DNA of 63,858 nt, counting the filler, from Saprolegnia diclina VS20 (Eukaryota): NCBI RefSeq assembly GCF_000281045.1. It is 9 parts of 3 records of this genome, joined end to end, with 100 filler letters (N's around TTAATTAATTAA, not from the genome) between each part and the next. Parts side by side here need not be neighbours in the genome. Positions count along the whole stretch, not along the records: positions 62,118 to 63,858 come from NW_008246160.1; 8 more parts are not named here. One strand, 5' to 3'. Position numbers and translations under genes: made by a program. Under the pieces are notes generated by a model. It was given only the letters and a program-made list of their open reading frames with translations. It was not told the DNA's origin and did no database searches. Positions 62,422 through 63,858 of the stretch are shown in pieces (position 1 is the first letter of the stretch; the number at the start of each line of letters is the position of its first letter).

Positions 62422-62556
62422 GAATTGATTCTAAGTCGGCTGTCACCAACAGTGCTCGCGCCACCGCACCCCAACACGATGATGGGCAATGCAAGTGGAG
62501 AAACGGACGTCGTACATATTGCGCCAGTGTTTGATGCAGACCGGTAATAATACTCG

Positions 62557-62642
62557 CCATCCTGCAATCCACTCGCATTCGATAAACTTTACCGAACTCG
62601 CATTCGATAAAGTTTATCGAATGCGAGTGGATTGCAGGATGG
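62557..62642. repeat. Perfect inverted repeat with 35-bp arms (foldback/mini-MITE candidate)
   Basis: CCATCCTGCAATCCACTCGCATTCGATAAACTTTA, a 16-nt spacer, then the exact reverse complement. Confidence 0.93.
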
Positions 62643-63858
62643 GAGATTGGACAGTTGAGTTATGGGGCGCAGCTCGAGACGTGCAAAACTTGGTGATGCA
62701 TCGCTAATTCTGGCTGTATTTTATACCCAGTCGAGAACAGCGTGTGCGAAATTCTTGATTGGCAGCCAACATACGTCTAGTGCAGCTGCCAGGTGTATAT
62801 TCAGTGCACATCGCATGGATCACAATGTCCCGCAAAGGAGGCCCAAGATTCCAGTCGAGCACCGCGAGCACACGCAATTTTGATCGACATATGTCTACTG
62901 CATATCACGTCTATATGTGTATATGTGGCGGACGTCATGGCACTTCGCATTCATCTCACAATGTCCTGCAAAAAGGCCCAAGATTCCAGTCGTGTGTACT
63001 CACGGCGCACTCAGCATACCGCGACGCAGTTCGGCTCGTGACCTTGATCTCAAGCTGAGATCGAGTACACGAGTAGTAACCTCGAGCCGGCTCACCAGCA
63101 ACAGCAGCAACAGCATCAACAGCCCCTCGTCTCCACCCCTTCGAACCGAACGATCAGTCGATGCTGCCACCGCAATGCGCCGCATCGAAAGCGAGACCGA
63201 GCCGCGCGAGGGTGCTTGGAATCAGTAATGCTGATCCTACGGCCATTCTATCGCGAGGGACCGCCATGCAGAGACGTGTGCGTTGTTGGTGCTTATAACG
63301 GCCAACTGTTCCTTCAAGTTGGACGAACAGATGTTTGTTGGAACTTCCAACAGACATCTGTTCACAATGTGTCGTTGCGCCGTCACCTACATACAATTGT
63401 AGTTCTACCCTCGGAGCTGTCTTGCTCGAAGGAAATAGAAAAGTATAACTAGATGCGTTGAAACGAGCTATTTAGTCCATCGTGTGGCCTTCAAGGCACG
63501 TCCGTGTGCTGCGAGCATGCGCGTAGTGTAAACCATTATGGGGCAGGTTGTCCTATCACCAGCACAGTCCACCGCAAAAAGAGGCACGCGGGCAAGTTAA
63601 CGCGCAACTTCCGCCCAGCGACCATTGTGCCTGTTGCTATAATACAGTATACCCTCGCATCGAAGCGTACCTCTTCTAACGCTTGGGAGCCAAATCGCTA
63701 CGTACAACGACCAGGGTCTACGCAGCTCAATACATTGATACGAAAGTGGTGGAATAATTTATCGTGGAATGCATGAAGCTGTACAAGTATTATTGGGCCA
63801 AGGCCAAGCACGCCGCGGCCCAGCGAGCGAATGAAGAAGAAGGAGATTGCTAGTATTT

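Noticed and set aside
62820..62992. CRISPR-like repeat-spacer structure
   Set aside because: Only two imperfect copies with a ~100-nt spacer, in a eukaryotic context with no cas genes.

Overview
Eukaryotic, GC-rich sequence with many short (~45-55 nt) GT-AG introns. It is almost certainly an oomycete of the Saprolegniales, most likely Saprolegnia, judged from an SpHtp1-like RxLR effector, lineage-typical expanded families and oomycete Inr/FPR promoters. The window is a pseudo-scaffold: contigs are joined by eight 100-nt N-TTAATTAATTAA-N linkers plus plain N gaps, so adjacency across linkers is not guaranteed. A gene-dense core (~6-50 kb) holds an MsrA-like protein, DUF2009, a kinase-PP2C fusion, an FN3/L-lectin protein, coronin, RIO1, GH2 beta-mannosidase, QTRT2, mitochondrial LeuRS, an MFS transporter, a FYVE protein, a NACHT/coiled-coil protein and a Cys-less pentameric ion channel. 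Both flanks carry expanded or decaying families: LRR/RNI-like pseudogenes, a Harbinger remnant, giant multi-TM repeat proteins, an ankyrin protein, a KH protein and a mucin-like protein. The most notable observations are (1) a tandem Htp1 RxLR-effector pair with an identical signal-peptide exon and a conserved upstream 12-mer but different cargo regions, (2) an intact cysteine-free MsrA pseudoenzyme, (3) a kinase/zinc-finger/PP2C fusion with an apparent signal peptide, (4) a Pro-loop pLGIC with an N-terminal extension, and (5) two perfect DNA hairpins, one of which frameshifts a gene. No rRNA, tRNA or CRISPR was recognised. All family calls come from visual motif recognition, not database searches; most exon boundaries are approximate.
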